DNA of 64,000 bases from the human T2T-CHM13v2.0 reference genome, Homo sapiens. The position numbers and the translations under genes were made by a program. Where the stretch lies: assembly GCF_009914755.1 (NCBI RefSeq), contig NC_060928.1, one strand, 5' to 3'. Position 1 is the stretch's first letter. Each line of letters begins with the position of its first letter. Under the pieces are notes generated by a model that saw only the letters and a program-made list of their open reading frames with translations, did no database searches and was not told the DNA's origin. Positions 1-12,979 of this stretch are shown here, in pieces.

Positions 1-110
1 AGATTCTCTTCTTGCTGTGTTACAATTTATTTTCCACAAAGAGAAAATATTATTTGCAAAAATCACTTCTACTTACTCTTCTGTTCAAAACGCTGTGATA
101 GGTCCCATTT

Positions 111-833
111 TGTTACACCAGGTAGCCAGTCAGACATGAGCAGAGCAGGAGAGGGCTCCCAGGCCCTTACACATACCTGGAATGTTCGGAAGCCATCAGG
201 TGATGGTCAGGCAGTTAGTTGTAATAATTGATTGCAGCCGTGCCAGGGAAAGGCGGTCTCCCAGTAAGGAGAAACACCTGAATCTGATGATCAGCAGCTT
301 CCTGATAAGATCTCCAGATGCGCTTGCACTAGGAGGCAAAAGGGCAAAGCTTAACTCATATATGGCCTTCTAGGAACATTTGACTGGTAAGAGAAGAATG
401 ACTGAAGTGAGCATGTGTATACTTCCAGTAAACATTCTACACATGCAGCTCCTCCCACATGTTGCCACGTATACACATGTAAACAGCCCACTCCAAAGAA
501 ATAATCAGGGAAAAGAGATGCAGGACCCCAGAAGCATAGCACCGTATAAAACCCCAAGTGAAAGGTCAAACAGTGCACTTGATCTCTCAAGTGGCCCTCT
601 TGGACCTCTTCCAAGTGTATTTCACTTCCTTTTTTTCCCCTCTCTAAAATTTTAAAATAAACTATCACTCCTGAACTAAAACTTGCCTCGGTCTCTTACT
701 CTGCTTTATGTCCCTCAGTTGGATTCTTTCTTCTGAGGAGGCAAGAGTGGAAGTTGCTGCAGATCCACGTGGATTTGCCATCGGTAACACACTTTGGTGC
801 CGTGTGGCTCAGATACATTCCCCAGTGCTAACA
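111..833 (+). mobile_element. ERV1 solo LTR, MER50-like
   Basis: Begins TGTTAC..GGTAGCCAGTCAGACATGAGCAGAGCAGGAGAGGGCTC, TATAAAA at ~545, AATAAA at ~656, ends GCTAACA; 4-bp TSD ATTT (107-110 / 834-837). Confidence 0.8.
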
Positions 834-839
834 ATTTCA

Positions 840-1162
840 CTACTAGTAAAGCCACGCACGTTGCTCCTGCTGCTGTGTCATTCCCGTATTGGCTAGGGTT
901 AGACCGCACAGGCTAAACTAATTTCGATTGGCTAATTTAAAGAGAATGATGGGGTGAGTACTTTGGCGGGAGTCAGGGCAGAGCAGGTAGCACGGAATCA
1001 GAATGAGTCAGGGTGGAGCAGGTGATTGAAATGAGTCAGGGTGGAGCAGATAATCAAAAAAGGTTGCTTTATGAGGAAGTTAACTTTAAAAGTAGAAGGC
1101 ACAGAATTGAACATACTGACATATTAATTCTTTGAAAAGAAATTTAGAATTCATATCTAACA
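840..1162 (-). mobile_element. Partial LTR10-family (HERV-I) LTR, 5' portion
   Basis: Reverse complement starts TGTTAGATATGAATTCTAAATTTCTTTTCAAAGAATTAATATGTCAGTATGTTCAATTC, matching the recalled LTR10A/F 5' end; 28-bp period repeat carrying TGAGTCA. Confidence 0.75.
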
Positions 1163-1294
1163 ACAACTTTCCAAATGGACAGAAGAGGAACAGAAAATTT
1201 GCATAAAATATATTTATTTTTAAAATGATTATAATAAAGCTGGGGAAAAATACATTATTTAAAAACTTCTCATTAAAAAAGTGTTTAAACAAGC

Positions 1295-1990
1295 AAAAAA
1301 TTCAGATGGCTTCCTTGATAATTTATTTTAAAAATTGAAGGGAGAAAGAATACCAATTTTAAGCAAATTCTTCCTGAAGAGTGAAAAAAGGAAAACATTC
1401 TTTAATATGGTTTGTAAGGCCAAATAGAGTCTGTTATCAAAACCCTGACAAATTTATTAGCAGGAAAATTACTGTGCAATAACTCTCATAACCCTGAGGC
1501 AAAATCCCTAAATAAAATGTTAACAAGCCAAAGGCAACACTTACTGAAAAGAATAATCCATTGTGACTCAGATGCATTCATTCCAGGAATGCAAAGTTGT
1601 TTAACATTAGAAAATCAATCAATATAGTTTAATACATTAACAAAATAAATGCATTACATGATCACCTAGTAAATGCAGAAAAATATTTCACAAAATCAAT
1701 GCTGATTCATGAAAAAAATAAAACTTCTAAGCAAACCAGGAATAGAAAGAAACTTCCCTAATGTGGGATAAAACATACCCACAAAAGAAAGAATTAATTA
1801 TTTTTAAATAACATGATGATGTACATAGAAAAATGAAATTAATTTATAAAATATTAGGATGTATATGTGGATTTAGTAAGGACTCTAGATATTTGGTCAT
1901 TTTATGAAAATTGTATCTTAATATAATTGTATTCTACATGTTAAGCAATAAAAAATTTATAAATGATTATTAAAACCATGCATTTTTATT
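1295..1990 (+). mobile_element. Old L1 (L1M) ORF2 reverse-transcriptase-region fragment
   Basis: Decayed TTCATTCCAGGAATGCAAAGTTGTTTAACATTAGAAAATCAATCAAT and ATGATCACCTAGTAAATGCAGAAAAA correspond to ORF2 FIPGMQGWFNIRKSIN and MIISIDAEK. Confidence 0.8.
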
Positions 1991-2324
1991 AAGCAAATAT
2001 TAGGATTACATGTAAATACATATAAGGAGAGAGATTGTTCTTCCAGATGTTTACGTGGCTAAAACTTAATGTGTTCTGAAATTCACCTCCTCAGCAGTCC
2101 TGTGGTGAGCAAACTATTTGAAATTAAAACTCATATTCTCTACTATTTTGGTTCCTCTCTTCCTGCTCTTGTTTTCCTTTTCTTTTTAGTTTTTTAAATG
2201 TTGTTTTGTTTTCTATAAAATTGTTTATTTCATCTGTGTTTGGTTTCTCTCTGTTCTCATAAATATATAAACTCTGTGAGCACATGGTTCTCAGGCTGTT
2301 ATTTTTAAATGATACATTCCAAGA

Positions 2325-2383
2325 TCAACAGTGCTTGGTACATATTAAGTACTTGTTAGGTATTTTTTTGAACAAGTAAATAA
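2325..2383 (+). mobile_element. L2 3' end fragment
   Basis: CAGTGCTTGGTACATATTAAGTACTTGTTAGGTATTTTTTTGAACAAGTAAAT resembles the L2 terminus CAGTGCCTGGCACATAGTAGGTGCTCAATAAATATTTGTTGAATGAAT. Confidence 0.5.
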
Positions 2384-2444
2384 GGTCAATATTATCTTAT
2401 ACACCCCAGACTGAAGAAATCAAATAAATAAAGTCTTGCAATAT

Positions 2445-3000
2445 AAGAAGTTGGTAAGGATATGAAGAATCAGAGTGTTCATCCACTGCTGGAAGCACAA
2501 TCAATTTTGAAAACACGTTGCTACTCACCAACAATATCAGTGTGTACATGCCTCATTACAAAATAATTTTACTACTACCTATATATTCTTAGGAAACTCT
2601 TGCACATGTATAACAGGAGATACATAAAATAATATTTACTTAAGAATTGCTCATAATATCAAACCTGGAACTAAAAATGTTCATTAACAGTAGAATAAAT
2701 GAATATGCTCTGTGATATTCATACAATAGGATACTCTGTAACAATAAAACAAATGCACCATATAGCATCATTAATTATTTGAAAATATTTACACAGAGAG
2801 AAATAATCTTGTATCAAAAATAGACAAAGCAATTTTCAAGTATACAACATGTTGTTATTAATTACTATCACTGTAAGAAGCATGCAAGGTAATCCATGTA
2901 TTAATTAGCTTGATTTAACCATTCTACTATGTATACAGATATCAAAACATCCTGTTGTATACCATAAATGTATACAATTTTTATTCTTCAATAAACTTAA
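2445..3000 (+). mobile_element. Old L1 3' fragments (L1ME-like then L1MA-like 3' UTR)
   Basis: GTTGGTAAGGATATGAAG, AATGTTCATTAACAGTAGAATAAAT and TTAATTAGCTTGATTTAACCATTCTACTATGTATACAGATATCAAAACATC are typical L1 3' motifs. Confidence 0.65.
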
Positions 3001-3508
3001 TTAAAATATAAAGCTCAACTACCTAGATAAGTAGACAGATAGATAGCTAAAATCTACTTTTAGCTAGCTGGATAGATAGATTAGATAGAAAGGCATATAT
3101 ATGTGGGTGGTAAAAACTATAAAGAAATACAAAGTGATGATTAACACTCAATTTAGCATAGTGAAAGCACAGACTAAGAATGTAATGACAGACTCTCTGG
3201 GAGTTCATCAAATATTTTCCCTTTTTCTTCAGATTGAGGCTAGACTATAACTCTAATGTTCACAGGTAGTTCTTTGATACCCTTTTATACTTCTGTGTAA
3301 TAGAATATCTTTTGATGCATAAAACCTATTGGACTGTGGTTGATGCACTATAACTTCCCTTGTCTACCAGCCAAATGCAGAATGTTTATAAGGATATTCC
3401 AAGTCTGAAGGCCACATGGAAAGAACCTTGTTTTCCAACAAACTCTGCACGTAGATGTGGGGGTCTTGGGTATTATGTTTAGCTTGTTTTGACTTATTCA
3501 GAAAGAAC

Positions 3509-3860
3509 TGTCTTAGTCCATGTGTGTTGCTATAAAAGAATGTCTGAGGCTGGGTGATTTATAAAGAAAAGAAGCTTATTTGGCTTATGGTTCTGCAGGT
3601 GGTAAAGGAAGCATAGCACCAGGAATTGCTTCTGGTTAGGGTCTCTGGCTGTTTTCATTCAGAGCGGAAGGCCAAGGGGAGCCAGCATGTGCAGAGATCA
3701 AAGGGCAACAGAGAGAGTGGGGCAGGTGCCAGGTTCTTGTTAACAACTAGCTCTTATGGGAACACATAGAGAACTTGCTCCTTACCAAGAGGACCGCACC
3801 AAGACATTCATAAGGAATCTTCTTCTATGACCCAAAAACCTCCCATTAGGCCCCATCTCA
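3509..3860 (-). mobile_element. MaLR LTR, MSTB-like (truncated)
   Basis: TGTCTTAGTCCATGTGTGTTGCTATAAAAGAATGTCTGAGGCTGGGTGATTTATAAAGAAAAGA...CCTCCCATTAGGCCCCATCTC. Confidence 0.8.
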
Positions 3861-5271
3861 GAACTACAGAAGAGCGAAATGAAAAGGGACATTTGTGGGG
3901 CTTCTGGGTCATGACAGTCATCCAGTTTGGGTCCTGAATGGTGATACTTAATCATTATTGCCTGAAATATGCTTATTTTGTTTATATACTTATTCATATG
4001 TACTATCTAATTTTAAATAAAAATATAAATTATAATACAGGATTTATCTAGTATCTATACCTTGTATATATCGCATCAAGTTTTCTTAATTTTAATGTCT
4101 TCATTCAGTATCTTTAAATATTTTACACTTACTCCTAATATACAGTGTATAGTAAAATATACAATGCTATATATAAAATGTTTTATATGAGAAAGACTTG
4201 CTGAGAGAAACGCAAATTCTGTTATATAAGCCCTATATGAATCAGTGCACTTTATCTTTTTAATATAAGCAGTTGTATCTCCAGCTTTGCTTATTTGGCT
4301 ATGTAAACACTAGGTAAGAGAAAGAAAAGAGTATAATAAAATAATTGCAGTTAGAACATGGCTTTGTTCTTTTTGTAAAAATTACAGACAAAATATTAAA
4401 AATGCACTGAACTACTTTGTATAAGATAGTTTCATTCATTTTTAATAGTTTGCTCCTGTGGACTATTTGCTCCTACAGTCTTGTTGAAAATTACAATAGA
4501 AGTAATAAAAGTTCCCAAAATATTTAAAGAAAACACAATTTTTGATAATTAAAACTATTATTTCCAATCTTAACTTTTGCCTTAAAGAAACTGTTTTTGT
4601 TGTTTATTTTTTGTTTTGTTTGTTTTTCTTCTGTTATTTTCTTTTTATTGGAGCATTTAATTTGCCATTATATCATTTGGCTTTCACTTGATGTGAATAC
4701 AAAATTTATATATTTTCTGCTTTTCTTCTTTATTTGCCATCTAGGGAAAACATGATGTATTTATTACTCAAAATTTCACAAGATAATAAAATATTTGTTT
4801 TGAAATCACATGCCAGTATTAGATGTGAACTGTTTTTATCTCCAGATAGAATTTATCTTCAGCCTCAGAATTCTAATGTATATGACCATCAAAATAAAAA
4901 TATTAAATCAAAATGTCCTCCATTTTCTCAGAAAACAAATGCCTAGATATATGGCCAGGAATGTATAGCATTGCAACAGTCAAGATAAAGACTGAAGGCA
5001 AGGAATTACTTGAACAAGAGGTAGAGGTCACCAAACATTAACAACAGCAGGAAGCCTCTACTTCTCTTGTTCAAACATTCCCTATGGATAACATCCACCC
5101 AGAAGCTTGTACACATGGTAGTCCATAATGGATCCTGTTGGGTCTGCAACCTTGGAACATATAATAACTCAGCAGGGAAAGGTGTGGAAAAAATTAAAAA
5201 GAGACAGAAACTTTACAACGAGGAAAACCCTTTGAAGCTAAGTACATGTATTTTTTTCCTCTCTTTTTCTT

Positions 5272-5856
5272 ATTTTGTTTCAGCTACATTCGAGTTCTTA
5301 TCCCATGACTAAGAAGAATAAGGCATGTGGACACTGGAGAGTGCATAAGGCAGAGTAGGTTTTATTAAGCAACAGAAAACTCTCAACAGCAAGAGGGGAC
5401 CCAAGAATGAGTCTCCAAAAACGGGACTGAGTTCTGGGTCTTTTATGTGGCAGAAGCAAGGAAGTCTTCTGCGGGTTCCACCCAAATGGGAGGGGTAAAG
5501 TTCCCTTCTGCAGTTGTTCCATGCCTGGGGTTGGCCAGAGTAATTCCATGTTAGTTATTTCCCATGAGTGCCTAAGCAAAACCCATGGGGTGGCGCTAAA
5601 ACCAAAATGCTAATATCATGATAATGATATTATAATCAGCTGGGTTAAGTTAAGGACATTTAGATTAATTTATTGCACCTGTGCCTAAGTTGGGACAGTC
5701 CCTTCTGACCAAACATTCTAGCATAAGAGGAAGTTCTTAATCACATTTCTTCCCACTACCTACAGGGTAGTGCAGGTATGGTCCTGCGGTTGTTTTTCCT
5801 CTCCTGAGATCCTCCCTCTCTATCTGCCAAGTTGGCTTCTAACTGTGCCTCTCTCA
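5272..5856 (-). mobile_element. ERV1-class LTR (family uncertain; same family as 61810-62412)
   Basis: Ends CTCTCA (TGAGAG on minus), AATAAA on minus at ~5361, colinear with 61810-62412 (shared CTGAGTTCTGGGTCTTTTATGTGGCA and AAGTTAAGGACATTTAG). Confidence 0.75.
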
Positions 5857-6769
5857 CATATAGTTAAAAAAGTAAGAACAACCCCCCTACAAACTGTGGT
5901 CATTTTCTGTTTCTCAAAACATGGTCATAAAAGTATTAAATGTTATTCTAATGCCATTTTCTCACTCTCATTTTTTTAAAGCTTATGTGAGTTGCTTTCT
6001 GCTTACATAACTTTATTTCCTGCATTTATTAATACATCAAAATAAAGAGTCCCCTTGATGAGACTGCATACCTCAGTATCAGTCACACATAACTAACCCA
6101 ATAGAAGACTGACCTCAGAACCTGCTAAACTGGCTCCTGTATTTCAAAAACTTCCCAGTTATTAACACCATTCCTTCCTGCATTTCTGAGCATAAGCTTT
6201 TTAGAAAGAGTTGACACCAGAATTGGCTGAAGGATGTTACAGGAGAATTGACCTTGGCTTCACCTGTATAGCAAGAAGCCTTCAGGAATATCACAGTATT
6301 GTTTCCAGATGTAAGTACATCATGAGGCCACAGGCATACAGAATTCTTAGAAGAGCTTAGAAGTGCCACAAGAATACTAAAATCCCATTAAAACTGGTGA
6401 ATTCAATTTACTAAATCTTCCTGTCCCAATGGATATACGGGAACATTGAGGAAATAGAGACCATGCCTGTTAGGAACCAACTCTATTATTTCCATATTGG
6501 TGTAACCATTTTCATAGGTTTTCATAACTGTGCTACTGGATTTAGCTTCTTAAATTGTGCCTTTTGATATATTTCTGTCCGTCATATACCAATACCCTCT
6601 GTGAAAACTACAAGCTCACTTTTTAAGGGAACAGATAGGCCCCTTTAATATGTATGGCTTTTTCCCCCCACAATTCTATTATCTTATTTAGCTATATATG
6701 CTAATCCAACAGCATATAAGTTTTCTGTACATTCCATTTGTTTCACTAATTTGTTGTGTCTGTCTCTAA

Positions 6770-7103
<334 letters not shown>

Positions 7104-7260
7104 CTAGAGCTCTATTTTTTAATGGTCTATTAATAATTGTTTGATGTACATTATTTCTGGATTTAAATATTTTATGTGGTTTATTTTTGATAACCTAAAT
7201 TTTATAAATGTTTCCTTCACAGTTTTTACAAATCATATGTACATAGAAAGAATAAGTCCT

Positions 7261-7569
7261 GGCCGGGTGCCGTGCAGTGACTCCCACCCAGCACTTTAGG
7301 AGGCCAAGGCAGGCGGATCACCTGAGGTCAGGAGTTGGAGACCAGCCTGCCCAGCATGGAGAAACCCCGTCTTTACTAAAAATACAAAAATTCGCCGGGC
7401 ATGGTGGCAGGCACCTCTAATCCCAGCTACTCGGGAGACTGAGGCAGGAGAATCTCTTGCATCCGGGAGAGGGGAGGTGGAGGTTTCAGTGGAGATTGCG
7501 CCATTGCACTCCAGCCTGGGCAAGAAGAGTGAAAATCCGTCTCAAAAAAAAAAAAAAAAAAAAAAAAAA
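7261..7569 (+). mobile_element. AluSp/Sq-like
   Basis: CATGGAGAAACCCC and GGCAAGAAGAGTGAAA motifs; A26 tail; left TSD AGAAAGAATAAGTCCT at 7245-7260. Confidence 0.9.
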
Positions 7570-7880
<311 letters not shown>

Positions 7881-9381
7881 TTAATTTCCTTAGTTAATTT
7901 TAATTGATTTCTTCATTTCCTTATGCATAATTAGGTACACTTTATTGATCCTTGCTGTCATACAACCAGTCAGTTTAGTTGACACTGTATTTCTTTGCAA
8001 AGTATTAGAGCAGAGTATTATTTCCATTTAAACATATTGATATTCTTGATTTTAAAAATCCAATCTCTTTACCTGTCATTTGTTGAATGTTCTGCACTTA
8101 CTTCATTGTTCACTGGTCTATGCTCGGCACTATTTGGTGTACTCATGGACCTTCTCTCATGCTGTCTGTCTTATTCTTCCTGTCTTCGTAGAAAGACGAA
8201 ACTAAACTAACAAACATACTTCTAGTCATCAGTGTTAAATAATTTTAGTACTTCCTATTCCAATATACTTCATCTCTCCTTTAAATGAAAGAGCCTTTAT
8301 TACTCCTCCTTTATTATATGTTACTTATTTCACCATTTCTTCAAATGAAAGTTTCTACCTAAGTCTGTTTGGATCAATCTAAAAACTCTAACAAAATCAC
8401 GTCAGCCATCATCTTCACAATTATTTTACCTCTTTTTGAGTTGTTCAACTGCTGCTAATTAATTTTAAAATGTCCAAAATAAGGTGAGGTAAGATGTTCT
8501 CTCACTTAGGACAGTGCCACAAAGAGCAACAGCTCCCCCATTATGTAAGTTTTCTTCTAATAACCCCTTAAAATATTTTGTATCTTTACTTATATTCCAG
8601 GGAATATCATATATGCATATACACACACAAACTCACACTCACACACACAGTACATCTACAGGTAGCACATCCATTATTTTAAAGCTTTGCCCTCCCTTTC
8701 TTCTCTCATTCTACCGTCTATTCAAACGTCTTTCCTTTTAATTTCTTCTTCGTTGCTTCTCCTATTTTTTATCTTTATTCTATGCTCATTATTATATTAT
8801 ACTGCAAATGGGCTATTTGTCCTATAAAGCCTTTGGTTCTAAAGACTTCTTTACAGCAATAATTAACATGCAATGAATAACTAAAAATATTAAAAAGGTT
8901 TTTATTCTTATTATTTTTTATTATAGATATACTTTTTTCTTATTTACATTAATTTTTTTAATCAGGCATTTCCCTCTGCCCTACTTCCAAATACAGAGCA
9001 ATTAGTTCAATCTTCCCTGCAGCAAAGTTCTCTTTTATCTTTTTTTTGGTAATTTCTGAATAAGTGATTTCTTTTTTAAAACATTTATATTTCTATTTTG
9101 AATATATATGTATAAATTCAAAATATGTGTACATTCATATATCGCTATAAACACACTGTGTATGTGCATGTATTTATACATATTACATAAGTACATTTTA
9201 TATATGTATAAATTATGAAAAGAATAAATAATGAAAAGCATCTTCCCATTCTCTCCTTCTTAGAGACCTCCAGATCATCTTTTCAGAGTTTTCTTAGTTT
9301 CTTGGATAACTTTCAGAGATAATTTTATATAACCACATATTGGTAGTATTTTATACAAAGCCGGGTAACATACTAGATTAC

Positions 9382-10135
9382 TGTAGTTGGCAGAATAATG
9401 ATAGCCCAAAGATGTCCACATCCTAATCCTTGGAACCTGCCAGTATATTACTACATATCAAAAGAGATTAGAGGTAGTATATTATTACATGCCACAAGAG
9501 ATTTGAAGATGGAATTGATGTTACGTGGACATTGTCCTGGGTTACCTGGGTAGGCTCACTGCAATGCCATGGACACCTGAAAGTAGACAAGAAGATAGCC
9601 AGAAAGAATGCTTGGGGGAGAAAAGGCAGATGATTTGATCTAAGAAATGCAAAGTGAGGACTCCAGTTATAGTTGGAGGCCCTAAAAATAAAGGAAGTTG
9701 GCCATGAACCCAGATATGCAATGGCCTTTAGAACCTGGGAATGGCCCTCAGCTAATAACCTGCAAGAAACCTCAGTTATAAAGCCTCAAATTACAACCTG
9801 AATTTTACTAATGACTTGTATGAGCAGAGAAAACATATTCTCCCCTAGAGTTTCCAGAAACATGACCCTGAAATACTTTGTTTGTGGTCTTTTGAGACTC
9901 TAAGCAAAGACCCAGCCAAGCTGCCAGACCTCTGATATTAACAAAACAAAACATAAAGCTGTGTGATTATTTCACATTATATTAAAACATCTCAAGTGCC
10001 CTATAAATATACACACCTATTGTGTACCCACAAAAAATAAAAAATAAAAAATAAAACTGTGATATAGCAGATTTGTGTTGTTTAACCCATTAAGTTTGTG
10101 GTAATTTGGTATGGCAGTAATGGAAAACTAATACA
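9382..10135 (+). mobile_element. MaLR solo LTR, MLT1D/E-like
   Basis: TGTAGTTGGCAGAATAATG..CCCAAAGATGTCCACATCCTAATCC ... TAAGTTTGTGGTAATTTGG..AACTAATACA; 5-bp TSD ATTAC/ACTAC. Confidence 0.85.
9964..10050 (+). mobile_element. Heavily 5'-truncated L1 3' end (L1MA/L1PB-like) nested in the MLT1 LTR
   Basis: AAAACATCTCAAGTGCCCTATAAATATACACACCTATTGTGTACCCACAAAAAATAAAAA; TSD ATAAAGCTGTG (9953-9963) / ATAAAACTGTG (10051-10061). Confidence 0.75.
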
Positions 10136-10305
10136 ACTACCACCCTTTTCCACTCACAATATATCTAGATAATCTTTCTATAGCCCATAAAGGTACTCTA
10201 AACTTTTAAATAAGTTAATAGAATTCTAGTGTTTGTCAGCACACCATAGTTTATTTAAACAGGCTCATGGTGATTGGCATTCTGGCTTTTCAAATATTTT
10301 GCTAT

Positions 10306-10632
10306 TGAGACAGCCAGGTGGAAGGGTTCCTTGGAGGAATTCCAACCGGCCTGCTCACTGAGGGGTGCAGCCTCAGGAAGTTCAGGACATTTGCAGCTGG
10401 GAGGAGCCTGCCGCCTCCTCTTCTGTGTGGAACCTGAGACTCACCCTGCAGGCAGGAAGCACTCTAACAAGGGACTCTGGCCTAGGGAGAGTCCCACTTT
10501 CTCCCTTTTCTTCCTTTTCACCCAATAAAACCCTGTCTTACTCTCCATTCAAATTGTCTTCCAGCCTGAATCTTCGTGGCTGTGGGACAGACAACCCCGT
10601 CTTTAGCTGAACTAAGGAAAAGTCCTGCAACA
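10306..10632 (+). mobile_element. ERV1 solo LTR, MER61-like
   Basis: TGAGACAGCCAGGTGGAAGGG ... CCCAATAAAACCC ... CTGAACTAAGGAAAAGTCCTGCAACA; TSD CTAT/CCAT; interrupts an antisense old L1 fragment. Confidence 0.8.
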
Positions 10633-10959
10633 CCATGACAAATATAATTAAAATATTTTACATACATCATTCTGCAAATTGTAAATATGAAGTCCTGGTT
10701 CTGGTGTCTTTTTTAAATTTTCATGAATATTTTAAATTAACTTCCATTAAGCTTTTATCAATTCATACTCTTTTAAGTAACCTACAGCTGCACTTCTCTC
10801 TTTTGTGACCGCAAGTAGGTTCTAAAGCTTCATGATTGTTGCCAATTTGTTTAATTGAAAATAGTTTTAATTTTAAATGTATGGGATTAGAAAGTGTCAG
10901 AGGAGATTTCTCTTTAGTTGCTCAGAAACTTATACACACACACACACACACACACACAG

Positions 10960-11281
10960 AGTCATATACTCATGTCACTTAATTGACAAGAATACCTTCT
11001 GAGAAATGCATTATTAGGTGACTTCCTCATTGTGTAAACATCCCAGAGTGTGTTTACAGAAACCTACACGGTCTAGCCTACTGCACACTTAGATTATATG
11101 ATATAGCCTAATCCTCCTAGGTTATACAACATGTTACTGCACTGAATATTATAGGCAATTGTAACACGATAGGTATTTGTGCCTATAAATATATTTAAAC
11201 ATAGAAAATATGGTATTTTATTCTTATGGGCCCACCATCATATATGTAATTCATCCTTAACCAAAATGTGGCATGACTATA
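10960..11281. mobile_element. Tigger3a/MER7A-like DNA transposon MITE
   Basis: TTCTGAGAAATGCATTATTAGGTGA..CATTGTGTAAACATC..AGAGTG..AAACCTA..GG..TAGCCTACTGCACAC core, CATGACT terminus; flanked by (CA)n tracts. Confidence 0.8.
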
Positions 11282-11329
11282 CACACATACACACATATAC
11301 ACACACACTAGAAGTGCCTTATCATCTAC

Positions 11330-11850
11330 ATTCATTTTATAAGTGACTTTTATATTTTTGTTCCATTAGGAATTTATTCCAGTGTAACATATAATATATA
11401 GTAGATCCGAATTTGTTTTGTTAGAATACTCCAGTTGTGTCAATATCATTTATTGAATAACCCTCTTATCCCCACTAATTAAAAGTATTACTGTTATAGT
11501 GTTACTAAATCTATTGTACATTTTAGCTGTATGTTTGGATTTTCTAATTCATTCCATTGATCTTTTAATTCATGCTTCAGTAGTTCACTGCTTCAATTAC
11601 TGCATTTATTATTGCTCAAAGTCTCATAAGACCCACCTTCACTTCAATTCTCTTTCTCAGAATATCTTCGGTGACGTACTTTTGCTTAAGTCCTTTCGAG
11701 TAAGCTTAAGTAGTCCCTCACTTGCACCCAAATTTCCTCTTAGTAGTTGCATTGGAATCCAGAGAAATTTATAGTTTAATTTAGGGTAATTGGCCTCTAT
11801 ACTTTTACATAGATTTGTATTATAATGTCCTCTTCATTGTTTTTTTTTTT
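11330..11850 (-). mobile_element. Old L1 ORF2 fragments
   Basis: CCAGTTGTGTCAATATCATTTATTGAATAA, TTCATTCCATTGATC and ATTGGAATCCAGAGAAATTTATAGTTTAATTTAGGG are typical antisense L1 motifs. Confidence 0.55.
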
Positions 11851-12979
11851 TGGTTCATGTCTGTACTGAGGGCTTAAGTTTTCAGTAACTTCTTTTAAAC
11901 ATCCCCGCCCCCTGCCTTCTCTTTTTGATTGCCGGTGCCCTATCTCTTTCTATTTTGTCTTTTTTGTTTACATTATTTCTCCAAACCACGTTACTATTCT
12001 TATTGGAATTCACATTTTACCGGTATTTACATTTTTAAAATTGTTTCTCTGAATTTTCCTTTGGAATATTTCTTCCTCTCTTTCTCTTCTGTTGTTTCCA
12101 ATTACAGTGGTCTATGTTGATTTTTTTCTATGCCTTCTCTGCCATTTTTTAATTATATCTCTTATCCATCTTTATAAGGTGGCTGTCAGATTATATAATT
12201 TCTTTATTTTTATTTTTGTACCCAAACCACAAATTATATTTTACTATAATATTTTCATAGAGCATAATTACATCACTTTTTGATGTTTGCTTGTTTATTT
12301 ACATATTCATTTTGATTTAATTTCTACAGGCCACTTCACTTTCGGCTATACTGGTTTCCAGACACAAACAAAATACATATAAATCTTATTTTCAGTGTGT
12401 ATGGAACATACTAATTTTATTTTATAGGTTTTTTATAATAATATTAATTTTTCCCCACATCTAAGATATGTACTTGACTTCACATTGCATTGAACATTAT
12501 TTCCAGTTACAGCCATAGCTAGAACTATGTTCTTTACGCAGTTTTATGCGCCATTTGTCTTCAGATGAAAAGCGCAATGTTGTTGGTTAACTTTATGTCT
12601 TCATTCAACAGTTTCAACTCATGCATTTCTCAATCCATTTCACGAGCCTGTCAACTACTTTCTGTAGAAATGTTAAAGTATTTAATAACTTCTGAACTAA
12701 ATGCTAAAGAGGAGCGTATATGTAATTAATAGATATCATATTTGTAAATTAATATAACATGTTTATATATTTACATGTTAAGGTATAGATGGATAGACAA
12801 AGCAAGTGAGCTTTGGTTTGCTTAGTTATTATAATATCATCTCTAAATATTCATCATTTTTATTATGGTTCTGTTTCTCACATTATGGTTTCAAAATGAA
12901 TTCAGTATCTTCCCTGATTTTAAACTAGACTCAAACTCATAGATGTGTTCACTTGAAAACTTTAAATTGAGCTGCAGAA

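Noticed and set aside
10306-10632. p53 response element in the MER61-like LTR
   Set aside because: Some MER61 subfamilies carry one, but I see no paired RRRCWWGYYY half-sites in this copy
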